From contig CAWHIJ010000003.1 of assembly GCA_963829525.1 (NCBI GenBank), forward strand, positions 192,001-256,000: a stretch of 64,000 bases of DNA. Direction: 5' to 3'. The notes under the pieces are model-generated. The model saw only the letters and a list, made by a program, of their open reading frames with translations, had not been told where the DNA came from and searched no databases. Position numbers and translations under genes: made by a program. Source of the DNA: an uncultured Actinomycetota bacterium. GTDB lineage: Bacteria > Actinomycetota > Actinomycetes > JAHEKZ01. Positions 1 to 9,433 of this stretch are shown here, piece after piece. Each line of letters begins with the position of its first letter. The stretch's first letter is position 1.

Positions 1-91
1 CGATGACGAACCCCCGCCAGCCGGCGCCGATGACCAGCCCTACCAGCAGAACCAGCTGAGTCGCACCGATGATGTTGGCGAGGCGGACCAT
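1..91 (-). CDS. Partial membrane protein (N-terminus; runs off the window edge)
   Basis: Manual translation MVRLANIIGATQLVLLVGLVIGAGWRGFVI; hydrophobic; GGAGGGAG RBS-like sequence upstream. Confidence 0.5.
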   Translation of the reverse strand, partial: MVRLANIIGATQLVLLVGLVIGAGWRGFVI

Positions 92-239
92 CACCGCTCC
101 CTCCGCTCTCGCAGGCGCTCTGCATGGCCAGCCAAGGGGCTGGCGGCACCATGGTGCCCCTGACGCCGTTACGGAGGCGTTACGGATGGGGTCGAGATAG
201 TCCCTTCAGGCGAGGCCGCCGCTCAAGGGCGCCTTCAGG

Positions 240-277
240 GCTACCGACGAGTAACATAGAAGTTACTCATCAGTAGC
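240..277. promoter_or_regulatory. Double operator-like inverted repeat upstream of the acyl-CoA dehydrogenase
   Basis: GCTACCGACGAGTAAC (240-255) and GTTACTCATCAGTAGC (262-277) are 14/16 reverse complements; each has a TAC-N6-GTA dyad. Confidence 0.55.
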
Positions 278-294
278 ACCGGGAGGGCCGGGCC

Positions 295-2118
295 ATGGGC
301 CATTACCAGGCGAACCTTCGCGATATCGAGTTCATGCTCTTCGAGGTGCTGCGACGTGACCAGGTCCTGGGTACCGGTCGCTACAGCGAGGTGGACGCCG
401 ATACGGCGCGTTCGCTGCTCCGCGAGGTCGAGCACCTCGCCACCACCACACTGGCGGACGCGTTCGTCTCAGGCGATCGAACGCCGCCGGTCTTCGACCC
501 GGCGACGCACAGCGTCGCGATGCCTCAGGAGTTCGCCAAGGCCTTTCACGCGTACACCGAAGGCGGCTGGCCCGACCTCGACCTCAACGAAGAGCTCGGC
601 GGAACCCTCGTTCCACCCTCGCTGCGGTGGGCGATCGCCGAGATGGTTCTCGGCGCGAACCCGGCCGTGCACATGTACTCGACCGGACCGGCGTTCGCAC
701 GTCTCGTCTACGACCTCGGGACCGACGAGCAGAAGCAGTGGGCGCGCGTCTGGGCGCAGCAGCGTTGGGGCGCCACCATGGTGCTCACTGAGCCGGACGC
801 CGGAAGCGACGTCGGTGCTGGAGGCACCACTGCGTCCGAGCAGCCGGATGGCTCGTGGCACATCACCGGAGTCAAGCGGTTCATCACGTCCGGTGAACAC
901 GACATGACCGACAACATCATCCATCTTGTGCTTGCCCGCCCTGATGGAGCTGGCCCCGGCACCAAGGGGCTCTCGCTCTTCATCGTGCCGAAGTTCCTCG
1001 TTGACTGGAGCAATGGAGAGCTGCTGGAGCGCAACGGCGTCTACGCCACCAACGTCGAACACAAGATGGGACTCAAAGCGTCCGCAACCTGCGAGCTGAC
1101 CTTCGGCGAGCGCGAGGCCGCCGTCGGGTGGCTGGTGGGTGACGTGCACGACGGCATCGCGCAGATGTTCAAGGTGATCGAGTACGCACGCATGCTCGTC
1201 GGCACGAAAGCTATCGCCACACTCTCGGCCGGCTATCTCAGCGCGCTTGAGTACACCAAGACCCGCGTTCAAGGGCCCGACCTCACGCAGGCATCCGACA
1301 AGACAGCCCCGCGCGTCACGGTGATCCACCACCCAGACGTCCGTCGCTCTCTCATGACGCAGAAGTCGTACAGCGAAGGGCTCCGCGCTCTCATGCTCTA
1401 CGCCGCTTCGGTGCAGGACGCCGTCGAAGTAAAGGAGTCGTCAGGGGAGGATGCCTCAGCCGAACACGCGCTCAACGACCTCCTGCTCCCGATCGTCAAG
1501 GGGTACGGGTCGGAGAAGTCGTACGGGTTGCTGGCGGAGTCTCTGCAGTGCTTCGGCGGGTCCGGTTACCTGCAGGACTATCCGATCGAGCAATACATCC
1601 GCGACGCCAAGATCGACACCCTCTACGAAGGAACCACCGCGATCCAGGGGCTGGACCTATTCTTCCGGAAGATGGTCAAAGACCAGTTCGGCGCCATCAC
1701 TGCGTTGGGCCAGGAGATCAGTGCTCTAGCCGTGGGCGGGAACGCTGAGCTGGCTCGCGAACGGCAGCTGCTCGGCTCGGCCCTGCAGGACGTGCGGGCG
1801 ATGATTGAGGTGATGGCCAGGTTCGCGATGGCATCAGGTACAGATGCACCGCAGGTCTACCGAGCAGGGCTCAACACGACGCGACTGCTGTTCAGCGTCG
1901 GCGACGTCGTCGTTGCGTGGCTGCTGCTGCGCCAGGCAACGGTGGCTCTGGCCGCGCTGGAAAGTGACGTGTCCGAGTCCGACGAAGAGTTCTATCGCGG
2001 AAAGATCGCTGCCGCGCAGTGGTTCTGCCGACAGGTGCTGCCGCACCTCAGCGCTGAGCGCTCGGTCCTCGAAGCCACCGACCTCGACGTCATGGAGCTC
2101 GACGAATCCGCCTTCTGA
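295..2118 (+). CDS. Acyl-CoA dehydrogenase, FadE5-like
   Basis: 607 aa; MGHY..NLRDIEF start, TMVLTEPDAGSDVG, GVKRFITSG, YIRDAKIDTLYEGTTAIQ. Confidence 0.92.
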   Translation: MGHYQANLRDIEFMLFEVLRRDQVLGTGRYSEVDADTARSLLREVEHLATTTLADAFVSGDRTPPVFDPATHSVAMPQEFAKAFHAYTEGGWPDLDLNEELGGTLVPPSLRWAIAEMVLGANPAVHMYSTGPAFARLVYDLGTDEQKQWARVWAQQRWGATMVLTEPDAGSDVGAGGTTASEQPDGSWHITGVKRFITSGEHDMTDNIIHLVLARPDGAGPGTKGLSLFIVPKFLVDWSNGELLERNGVYATNVEHKMGLKASATCELTFGEREAAVGWLVGDVHDGIAQMFKVIEYARMLVGTKAIATLSAGYLSALEYTKTRVQGPDLTQASDKTAPRVTVIHHPDVRRSLMTQKSYSEGLRALMLYAASVQDAVEVKESSGEDASAEHALNDLLLPIVKGYGSEKSYGLLAESLQCFGGSGYLQDYPIEQYIRDAKIDTLYEGTTAIQGLDLFFRKMVKDQFGAITALGQEISALAVGGNAELARERQLLGSALQDVRAMIEVMARFAMASGTDAPQVYRAGLNTTRLLFSVGDVVVAWLLLRQATVALAALESDVSESDEEFYRGKIAAAQWFCRQVLPHLSAERSVLEATDLDVMELDESAF

Positions 2119-2186
2119 CACTTCACATCCGGGATTCACATCACAGGGGGCCTGTCCCCGGAGAACTTCCGCATTCGTGGTTGTGA

Positions 2187-4004
2187 TCAGTGGGCGGCGA
2201 GGGGGAGGGTGAGCTCATTCTCCCCGTCGGCGCCAACGGTCACCGGGACACCCCAGTCCTGCTGGTGCACGTGACACGCGGGAAACTCCGCGTCACCGTC
2301 GTCGCAGGAGGCCACCCGTGCGGATACGTGCAGCACGCCGGCGTCGACGGCATCCCCGATGCGAATCACTCGACGAAGCGCGTCAGCGGGGCCAGTGCCC
2401 GCTTCGAGAAGGTGGGCCGGAGTCGATGACACGGAGACGTGGGTGGCGGAGCCGTACCGGTCGTCGAGCTTCTGACCAGGTGGCGGCGTGAAGAGCACCT
2501 CGAGCGCAATCGTTCCGGGGCGCAGCGATACAGCCGGCCGCTGTGACTGCATGCCAGAAGCCTTCACCATGGTGGCTTCGGCCGGAAGTCGCACACGGGT
2601 CAGTCGGTGTGCTGCCGACTCGACGACGAACAGCTCATCTCCGAGTGCGATCAGCCCACTGGGTTCGGCGAGGTCACCGGCGACTGTCGTAACTGTGCGC
2701 GTCACAGGGTCGAAGCGACGAACAGCTCCGTTGTAGGTGTCGGCGATGGCAACCGAACCGTCCGCCAGCACGCAGCAGTCGAGCGGATGCTGCAGCGATG
2801 CCTCGGTTGCTGGGCCGTCGACGTAGCCGAAGTCGAAGAGCCCACTTCCCACTTCGGTGGTGACGACGCCGTTGGTGACCCGACGCAGAGCCGACGTCTC
2901 GGCGTCGGCAAACCACAGCGTCCCTCCGTCCGAGGAGACGGCGAAGCCGGACGGTTGCGCGAACCAAGCCTGCATGAGGTCACCGTCGACGAGACCCTCC
3001 TGGGTCGTTCCCGCACGTAGTGTGAGCCGTCCGGCAAGGGGGTCGTAGCTCCACAGCTGGTGGTTGCCTGCCATGGCGATGGCCACCTCCGACCATGCCG
3101 GCATCCACACGACGTCCCACGGTGAGCTCATGGGAGTGTCGGCGAACGCTTGATCGGGCAAGGGGTCACCTTGCATCCACTGCTGGCCGGTTCCAGCCAG
3201 ATTTCGGACGCGTCCGTCGCGCAGTCGGACACCGCGCAGGGCGTGGTTGACGGTGTCGGCAACGACGACGTCGTATCCGACGCGTGTGCGAATGTCGGGC
3301 GGCAGCAGGCAGAGCCCGTTGGGTTCGTTGAACTGCGCTGCCGTCGCGGCTCCAGGGAGGTAGCCGCGCGTTCCGGTGCCGATACGCCGTATGAGCGTGC
3401 CGCTGGTCGAGTCGAGCTGGGCAAGGGAGTGGTGTCCCGCGTCCGCGACCAACAGGCTGCGATCTGGGAGCAGCACCGCCTTGGCGGGGAACCGCAGAGT
3501 GGTGTCGTCCGGTGCAGCATCTGGCGTGAACGCGTCGTCCGGGTGCAACGTCCCGCGGGACTGGTAGTCGTTGACCAGACGCTCGAGCAGCATGTCGATG
3601 GCGTGGGCGTGGCCTTCGCCCGAATGCTGCGCGATCACGTAGCCCTCAGGGTCGATCAGCACTAGCGTCGGCCAGGCGCGAACGGCGTACTGCTGCCACG
3701 TCTGCAGGTCTGGGTCGTCGAGCACCGGGTGTGTGACCCCATAGCGCTCGACGGCGGCAATCACAGCCTCCGGAGTCCCCTCGTGCGGAAACTTCGGCGA
3801 GTGGACGCCAACGACGACGAGTTCGTCGGTGTACTTGGCCTCCAGGGGTCGAAGCTCGTCCAGCACGTGCAGGCAGTTGACGCAGCACCCGGTCCAGAAG
3901 TCGAGGAGCACGAACCGACCCCGGAGCTCACTCAGGCTGAGCAGGCGTCCCCCGGTGTTCAGCCACCCTCGACCCTGCAGCTCGGGCGCTCGTAGACGGA
4001 CCAC
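2187..4004 (-). CDS. Thioredoxin-like plus NHL-repeat beta-propeller protein (NHLRC2/SOQ1-like)
   Basis: LLDFWTGCCVNCLH, GVHSPKF and AWPTLVLIDPEG; repeated ADxxNH and GxG..DG..A.F..P.G motifs. Confidence 0.88.
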   Translation of the reverse strand: MVRLRAPELQGRGWLNTGGRLLSLSELRGRFVLLDFWTGCCVNCLHVLDELRPLEAKYTDELVVVGVHSPKFPHEGTPEAVIAAVERYGVTHPVLDDPDLQTWQQYAVRAWPTLVLIDPEGYVIAQHSGEGHAHAIDMLLERLVNDYQSRGTLHPDDAFTPDAAPDDTTLRFPAKAVLLPDRSLLVADAGHHSLAQLDSTSGTLIRRIGTGTRGYLPGAATAAQFNEPNGLCLLPPDIRTRVGYDVVVADTVNHALRGVRLRDGRVRNLAGTGQQWMQGDPLPDQAFADTPMSSPWDVVWMPAWSEVAIAMAGNHQLWSYDPLAGRLTLRAGTTQEGLVDGDLMQAWFAQPSGFAVSSDGGTLWFADAETSALRRVTNGVVTTEVGSGLFDFGYVDGPATEASLQHPLDCCVLADGSVAIADTYNGAVRRFDPVTRTVTTVAGDLAEPSGLIALGDELFVVESAAHRLTRVRLPAEATMVKASGMQSQRPAVSLRPGTIALEVLFTPPPGQKLDDRYGSATHVSVSSTPAHLLEAGTGPADALRRVIRIGDAVDAGVLHVSARVASCDDGDAEFPACHVHQQDWGVPVTVGADGENELTLPLAAH

Positions 4005-4028
4005 CCTGCGAGGCTACGCGTAGCTCGG

Positions 4029-5459
4029 TCACCACAGGATCTCCGGGCCGCGCCACCCTCTCGATGTTCGGACGCCGAAGAGGACGCGCGACCGGGCCTC
4101 CATGCTCGAGACCATCGCCTCGGCAAGGTTCAGTGCGTGGAGCATCTCCCTGCTGCTGAACCGGGTGAGAAGGTCCTCCACAAGGTCGGCCCGTCCGGCG
4201 TCGAGCAGCACGCGAGCCGACTCGATCGCCGTCTCGAGACCGGCGACGCACCGCCGTTCCACTGCTTCCCAGACCGGCAGCACCTCCGGCAGGAACACCT
4301 CGTGGTGCTCAGCCAATAGGTACATGAGCCGTTTGTGCACCGCGACCGCCGACCTTGTCGCCTCGACCCCCGGCGGAACTGCGCTCTGCGTTGCTCCACC
4401 GTCGAGACCACCGGACACGAACACTGAGCTCTCCCCCGCCGTTAGGTAGCGGTGCTGGGCGAACTCCGGCTCCACCTCTCGCACACCGAGTGGGACAGGG
4501 GTGAACGGCGCAGCCACCGCGCCAACCACTGCGTGCCACAACACCCGTAGATCGGCGTGTTCGTCGGCCGGAAGAAGCGGCACGACCTGTCCATAGCCAG
4601 CAGTGTCGCCGGTGAGCCGATCGGTTCGCACCGCCCAGAAAACGTCCTCAAGGGTGATACCTCCAGGGCGAGCGGCCCGCTCGGCCAGCTGCTCCTCCAT
4701 CCACGCGGCCCCCTCCCATCGGCCCTTTCCGTCGCCGTACACCGCGTTGACGTCAAAAGGTCCGTCACTCGTCCGGTACCACCCATGCTCAACGGCGAAG
4801 TCGACGAGGTGAGGGGCGCCCGCAAAGTAGTCCCGGTCGAGAAAGTCCTCGGGGATGACACCGATATAGCCGGGACGGCTGACCCTGATGCTTTGGGCTC
4901 CGAGTCGCTCGGCGACCCACAGCCCGGCACCACCTGCAAACTCGATCACCACCCACGCCTCGTCTGCATCCGCGATCAGGTGCGAGTTGCCCCCATAGGT
5001 GGACTCGCCGTACTCAGCGATCAGGTCACCGATCAGCTCGACACCCTCGCGGGCGGTGCGGCAACGCTCCAGAGCCAGACGCGCCAGGTCGCTGTAGCTC
5101 GGGCCTTGTTGGTCGGGAGGGGTCAACGCAATCAACCATGGGCTGCTTGTCGACCACACGTCGCGCACTGCCACCCCGTGCTCATTCAGACCACCATTGG
5201 TCAGCGGGGCCGGGACGCCGAGGAACGCCGAGTAGCTCACGCGCAGATGTCGGAAAGTCTCAGGTACCTGAGGAATGGTGGATCGGATACCCGGCATGTC
5301 CGCGGCCGGCGTCACGCCGACCTCAACGACGGCGTCGGGCGCGTGGGTTGCACTGGGGACGAGCTCCAGCCAGTGGCTGGAGGGTTCATCCCCATAGCCG
5401 GCGAGATAGCCGACGCCGTCCGCGGTCAGTTCCTTGCCGACATAGACCGCGTAGCTCAT
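4029..5459 (-). CDS. C69 family (dipeptidase/secernin-like) Ntn hydrolase
   Basis: From ATG 5459: MSYAVYVGKELTADG; GGLNEHGVAV, TAREGVELIG, GGNSHLIADADEAWVVIE. Confidence 0.8.
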   Translation of the reverse strand: MSYAVYVGKELTADGVGYLAGYGDEPSSHWLELVPSATHAPDAVVEVGVTPAADMPGIRSTIPQVPETFRHLRVSYSAFLGVPAPLTNGGLNEHGVAVRDVWSTSSPWLIALTPPDQQGPSYSDLARLALERCRTAREGVELIGDLIAEYGESTYGGNSHLIADADEAWVVIEFAGGAGLWVAERLGAQSIRVSRPGYIGVIPEDFLDRDYFAGAPHLVDFAVEHGWYRTSDGPFDVNAVYGDGKGRWEGAAWMEEQLAERAARPGGITLEDVFWAVRTDRLTGDTAGYGQVVPLLPADEHADLRVLWHAVVGAVAAPFTPVPLGVREVEPEFAQHRYLTAGESSVFVSGGLDGGATQSAVPPGVEATRSAVAVHKRLMYLLAEHHEVFLPEVLPVWEAVERRCVAGLETAIESARVLLDAGRADLVEDLLTRFSSREMLHALNLAEAMVSSMEARSRVLFGVRTSRGWRGPEILW

Positions 5460-5584
5460 CGCCGACCTTGCAACTGCGTCATCTGTTGAGCCTAATGCCG
5501 GATCCACCCGACAAACCACGGCGAGTCTGGAACGAAAACCGCGCTCACCGCGGAAAGCGTTCCGCAGTCATTGCACGAGAGTGC

Positions 5585-7036
5585 CTACTCGAGGCCCAAT
5601 CCGAGCGCCAGAACGGTATCTACGAAGGCATCCACGTCAGCAAGGGACGTCCGTGGGTTGATGAAACACGGCCGCAGCGCGAACTGACCGTGCACGATCG
5701 TCGAGCTCACCACGAAGCGAGTTTCGCGGGCCAGCCGCCGCAGGATCTCACGGTTGACCGCGTCAACGGCAACCTCGCTCACGTCATCAGCGGGCAGGTA
5801 GCGGAAGACGCAGATCGACAGAACCGGGTCGAGCAGCAGCTCAAGACGGGGGTGTTCACTCGCCCGATGCGCGACATGACGCGCGAAGTCGTTGTCCTGA
5901 ACAACCCGCGCTTGGACCCCATCAGCACCGAGTTCACGCAGGATGCTCCACACCAGCACACCCCTGACTGGCGATGACAGCTCCACGCCGAAGTCGAAGT
6001 AGGGAATGCCCATCGAGTCGAGCGAGACCTGGACGTCGTCGGGTGTGAAGGCACCTTCGAGGTAGTCGGCCGCCTCCTGTGTGAAAGCGCGGTGCAGGAT
6101 CGAACGGTCACGCACGAATGTGGCCGCGATTCCCGTCGGGGCGTTGAGCCACTTGTGGGGATCGGTGATGGCGGAGTCGGCGAGCTCGAGCCCGTCGTAG
6201 AGCGGAGCAACTCGCTCATCGAGGATTCCGGGTAGTCCGTACGCCCCGTCTACGTGGAACCAGGCGCCATGCTTCTTGGCGATCTCACCGCATCGACGCA
6301 GTGGGTCGACCGCGCCGGTGTTGGTCGTCCCTGCTGCGGCAACAACGGCGACGGGTAGGACGCCGTGCGCCACGTCCGCGGTCATGGCCGCATCCAGGGC
6401 ATCGGCGTCGAGGCGAAGCTCGGCATCGGTAGGTACGGTGCGCACCTGGCTGCGGCCAATGCCCAGCACTCCAGCCGAGCGCTGCACGGTGTGGTGCGCC
6501 TGCGTCGAGGTGTAGACGGCCAGCTCGAGTCCACCCAGACCATCGCCGGCCGGGTCGACTCCACGCTGCTCCAAGGCCCACTGGCGGGCCGCCCCGAGTG
6601 CGACGAGGTTCGCTGTTGAGCCCCCGCTGGAGAAGACGCCCTTCATTCCCGCGGGAAGCCCGCAGAGTTCGACGAGCCAGTCGAGCGCCTGCTCCTCGAG
6701 CAGGTTGAAGGCAGTCAATGTCTGCCGCTGCGGCGCCGCGATCATGCTGGCCGCCGCCACCGCAGTGGGTACCGTCGCCGGGCCCGTGGTGATCCACCCC
6801 CACGAGGCCTCAGATGTCAGGTGCGGGCCGTGCGGGAGAACAAGATCGATGTACTCACGCAGCGTCGCGTCGGAGCCGATGCCGTCGTGAGGGAGCGGGC
6901 GGGTGAGCTGCTCCTGCCAGTCGGTCGGCGAGTGCAGTGCGTCGACCCGCTCCTTGGCCAACCACGCGTCGAGGGCCTCCCCCACCTGCGTGAAGGTTTC
7001 GGCAAAACGACCGGTCTCTGGGTGCGGGGTAGTCAC
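5585..7036 (-). CDS. Group II PLP-dependent amino-acid decarboxylase
   Basis: SGGSTANL, AGTTNTGAVDPL, WFHVDGAYG, ADSAITDPHKWL (PLP lysine). Confidence 0.9.
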   Translation of the reverse strand: MTTPHPETGRFAETFTQVGEALDAWLAKERVDALHSPTDWQEQLTRPLPHDGIGSDATLREYIDLVLPHGPHLTSEASWGWITTGPATVPTAVAAASMIAAPQRQTLTAFNLLEEQALDWLVELCGLPAGMKGVFSSGGSTANLVALGAARQWALEQRGVDPAGDGLGGLELAVYTSTQAHHTVQRSAGVLGIGRSQVRTVPTDAELRLDADALDAAMTADVAHGVLPVAVVAAAGTTNTGAVDPLRRCGEIAKKHGAWFHVDGAYGLPGILDERVAPLYDGLELADSAITDPHKWLNAPTGIAATFVRDRSILHRAFTQEAADYLEGAFTPDDVQVSLDSMGIPYFDFGVELSSPVRGVLVWSILRELGADGVQARVVQDNDFARHVAHRASEHPRLELLLDPVLSICVFRYLPADDVSEVAVDAVNREILRRLARETRFVVSSTIVHGQFALRPCFINPRTSLADVDAFVDTVLALGLGLE

Positions 7037-7056
7037 GCGGTGAGGCTACTCCCGGA

Positions 7057-7731
7057 CTACCTGCGGAGCGACCTCCGCAGCGGACGCGCTGCGGGGTCAC
7101 GCACCTGCCATGCCATCACAAGCATCCCCACGACCAGCACGCCTGCCCAGCGCCAGTGCGCCTCCGCCCACTGCGGGCCAGGCGGGGCCAGGACTGGCCA
7201 GCGTTCCCCAAGCATCTGCCCCGCCATCATCAAGCCTATGACGACGAGCACCATGAACTGCGCCGGTTCACTGACGCCGAACTGACGCTGAAGCACCAGC
7301 GACGCCGCGATCGCCGTCACCACGAGCGCGCTGACCTCCACCGCCAGGCCCAGCGCCGTCGACCCCGTGTCCAAGTACCGCCACTTCGCCACAACGGCGG
7401 GTGCCAACGCCATCAACACGGCGACACCCGCAACGCCAAACCGGATCCGCATCAACGCACCCCGTGCAAGGGGCAGCGCACGCGTCATCTCGACGGACGG
7501 ATCGTCGAAGGCGAACACCACTGTGACGGCGGACAATGCAGCGAGCGCCCGGATGAGCCACGCGGCGGCGTCCGGGCTGGTGACGTCCGCTGCACGCCAC
7601 CACACCACCAACCACGACCCTGCGATGCCGACCGCGAGGATCTGGCACCGAGTGAGGCGGGGCGCATACGGGGCTAGCCCTCGGTGCTCGCGACCAGCAA
7701 CAGCTCGCGACGATGCAAGCATGTCGGTCAT
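7057..7731 (-). CDS. Membrane protein, putative ABC permease
   Basis: Multiple TM segments; ATGA overlap with upstream gene; last gene of the ECF-ABC operon. Confidence 0.7.
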   Translation of the reverse strand: MTDMLASSRAVAGREHRGLAPYAPRLTRCQILAVGIAGSWLVVWWRAADVTSPDAAAWLIRALAALSAVTVVFAFDDPSVEMTRALPLARGALMRIRFGVAGVAVLMALAPAVVAKWRYLDTGSTALGLAVEVSALVVTAIAASLVLQRQFGVSEPAQFMVLVVIGLMMAGQMLGERWPVLAPPGPQWAEAHWRWAGVLVVGMLVMAWQVRDPAARPLRRSLRR

Positions 7732-8576
7732 AGCTGCATGGCTCCGGCAGCAGCGGTGGCTGCCAGGACCCCGGCCGAGACGACGAGCCAGCGCAGACGC
7801 CCCTCACGCTCGCGGAGCATGACCGCGCAGAATGCCAAAGCGCACAGCCCCGCCAGGTAAACGGCGTGCCACGTATGCGAACCCTGAAGCGACCACACTG
7901 CGTCAGACCACTCATACGAGCTCAGGTAGGGGGCGAACCACGGCCAGGTGTTGATCGGGAGCCGTTCGGCGTTCAGCATCCACAGCGTGCCGAACGCCAG
8001 TGCGACGAACCCCAGGGGCAGTGAGCCAGGGAAGCGAAGCCACGTCGCCACCATGACGGCGAACAGTCCACCTCCTATGACGATGAGCACGATCTGCGCA
8101 AGCTCGGCGCCGCTGACAGGCGACTTCAGGTCAGTGAGCACCACGTCGTTTCCAAGGAGCGCAAGGGCGCCAATCGCGACGAGGGTGAGCAGACCCGGTC
8201 CAAGCACAACGCCTGCGCACACGCCAGCAGCACGGGCTCGGGGCGAGAGCGGCGAGGACGCCAGCTGGCCCTCCGCCTTCGTGCGGCGCGCAGATGAAGT
8301 GACGAGGTGGCACGTGATGTAGAAGAGCAAACCAGCGTAGAGGGAGAAGACAAAGAACACGGTTCCGTAGGCGGCGGAACGCGTGGGCAATGAGTAGCTG
8401 CGTGCTTCAGCGAGCACGTCAATGCCGATCATCAGTGTGAAGAACCCGAAGACCAGCAATAGCACGGGTGACAACACCATCCGGCGTCCCTCACGCCAGC
8501 CGAGCACCAGTACAGCCAGCCACGTCGCACCAGACTTCTGACGTTCCATCACATGCGATTCCAGCACGGCGCTCAT
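7728..8576 (-). CDS. Putative ABC transporter permease
   Basis: Multiple TM helices; 4-bp overlaps on both sides. Confidence 0.72.
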   Translation of the reverse strand: MSAVLESHVMERQKSGATWLAVLVLGWREGRRMVLSPVLLLVFGFFTLMIGIDVLAEARSYSLPTRSAAYGTVFFVFSLYAGLLFYITCHLVTSSARRTKAEGQLASSPLSPRARAAGVCAGVVLGPGLLTLVAIGALALLGNDVVLTDLKSPVSGAELAQIVLIVIGGGLFAVMVATWLRFPGSLPLGFVALAFGTLWMLNAERLPINTWPWFAPYLSSYEWSDAVWSLQGSHTWHAVYLAGLCALAFCAVMLREREGRLRWLVVSAGVLAATAAAGAMQL

Positions 8577-9433
8577 GCCGCCACCTCCTCGTCAAACCGG
8601 CCGACCAGCAGCAGGTAGCCGTCCTCGAGAGTCGGCTCGACGAGCTCAGCACCGTTCGGCGGTGTACCGAGATGACGGAACCGACCCTCACCCGTACGCC
8701 ACACCAGCTCGGCACTGCCGACCCGCTCGTCGGCCAGCCACACGCGTCCGGCGGCAACAGCTGACAGGTCAGACGGCGTTCCCTGGAAGAGCACCCGGCC
8801 CTTATCCAGAACCACGACGTCCTGGCAGAGGGCGGCCACATCTTCGGTCTGGTGGGTCGAGAGCAAGACGGCTCGGCCTTCACCGGCGCATGAGACCAGC
8901 TCACGGAAGCGCAGTCGCTGCTCGGGATCGAGGCCGGCTGTCGGCTCATCGAGCACCAGGAACTGCGGCTCACCCAGAAGAGACGCCGCTAGGGCCACCC
9001 GACGACGCATTCCGCCGCTGAGCGCCCGCACCCGCTTGCCGCTGACCGATGCCAGATCGACGGCGTCGATCACCCGTCGCACCTCAGCGTGCCGCTGATG
9101 GCGGTCGGTCATCTCTTTGAGGATGGCCACGTAGTCGATGAACTCGAAGACGCTGAAGCCGCGCTGGAACCCTGGGTCCTGAGGGAGGTACCCGAGCCGG
9201 CGACGAATCTCAATGCGCTGAGTAGCAGAGGCGGGGTTACGCCCGAAGACCGACACTGCACCTGAGTCAGGGGCCGAGACCGTTGCCAAGATGCGTAGCA
9301 ACGTGGTCTTGCCGGCACCGTTCGGTCCGAGCAGACCTGTGACTCCGGTGCCGATTTCGAAAGTGGCGCCGTCGAGCGCGCGAGTGCGGCCAAACCGGCG
9401 CCGCACCTCACTCACCGTGGCAGCTGTGGTCAT
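8573..9433 (-). CDS. ABC transporter ATP-binding protein
   Basis: Walker A GPNGAGKT, LSGGMRRR signature, LVLDEPTAGLD, STH switch. Confidence 0.93.
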   Translation of the reverse strand: MTTAATVSEVRRRFGRTRALDGATFEIGTGVTGLLGPNGAGKTTLLRILATVSAPDSGAVSVFGRNPASATQRIEIRRRLGYLPQDPGFQRGFSVFEFIDYVAILKEMTDRHQRHAEVRRVIDAVDLASVSGKRVRALSGGMRRRVALAASLLGEPQFLVLDEPTAGLDPEQRLRFRELVSCAGEGRAVLLSTHQTEDVAALCQDVVVLDKGRVLFQGTPSDLSAVAAGRVWLADERVGSAELVWRTGEGRFRHLGTPPNGAELVEPTLEDGYLLLVGRFDEEVAA

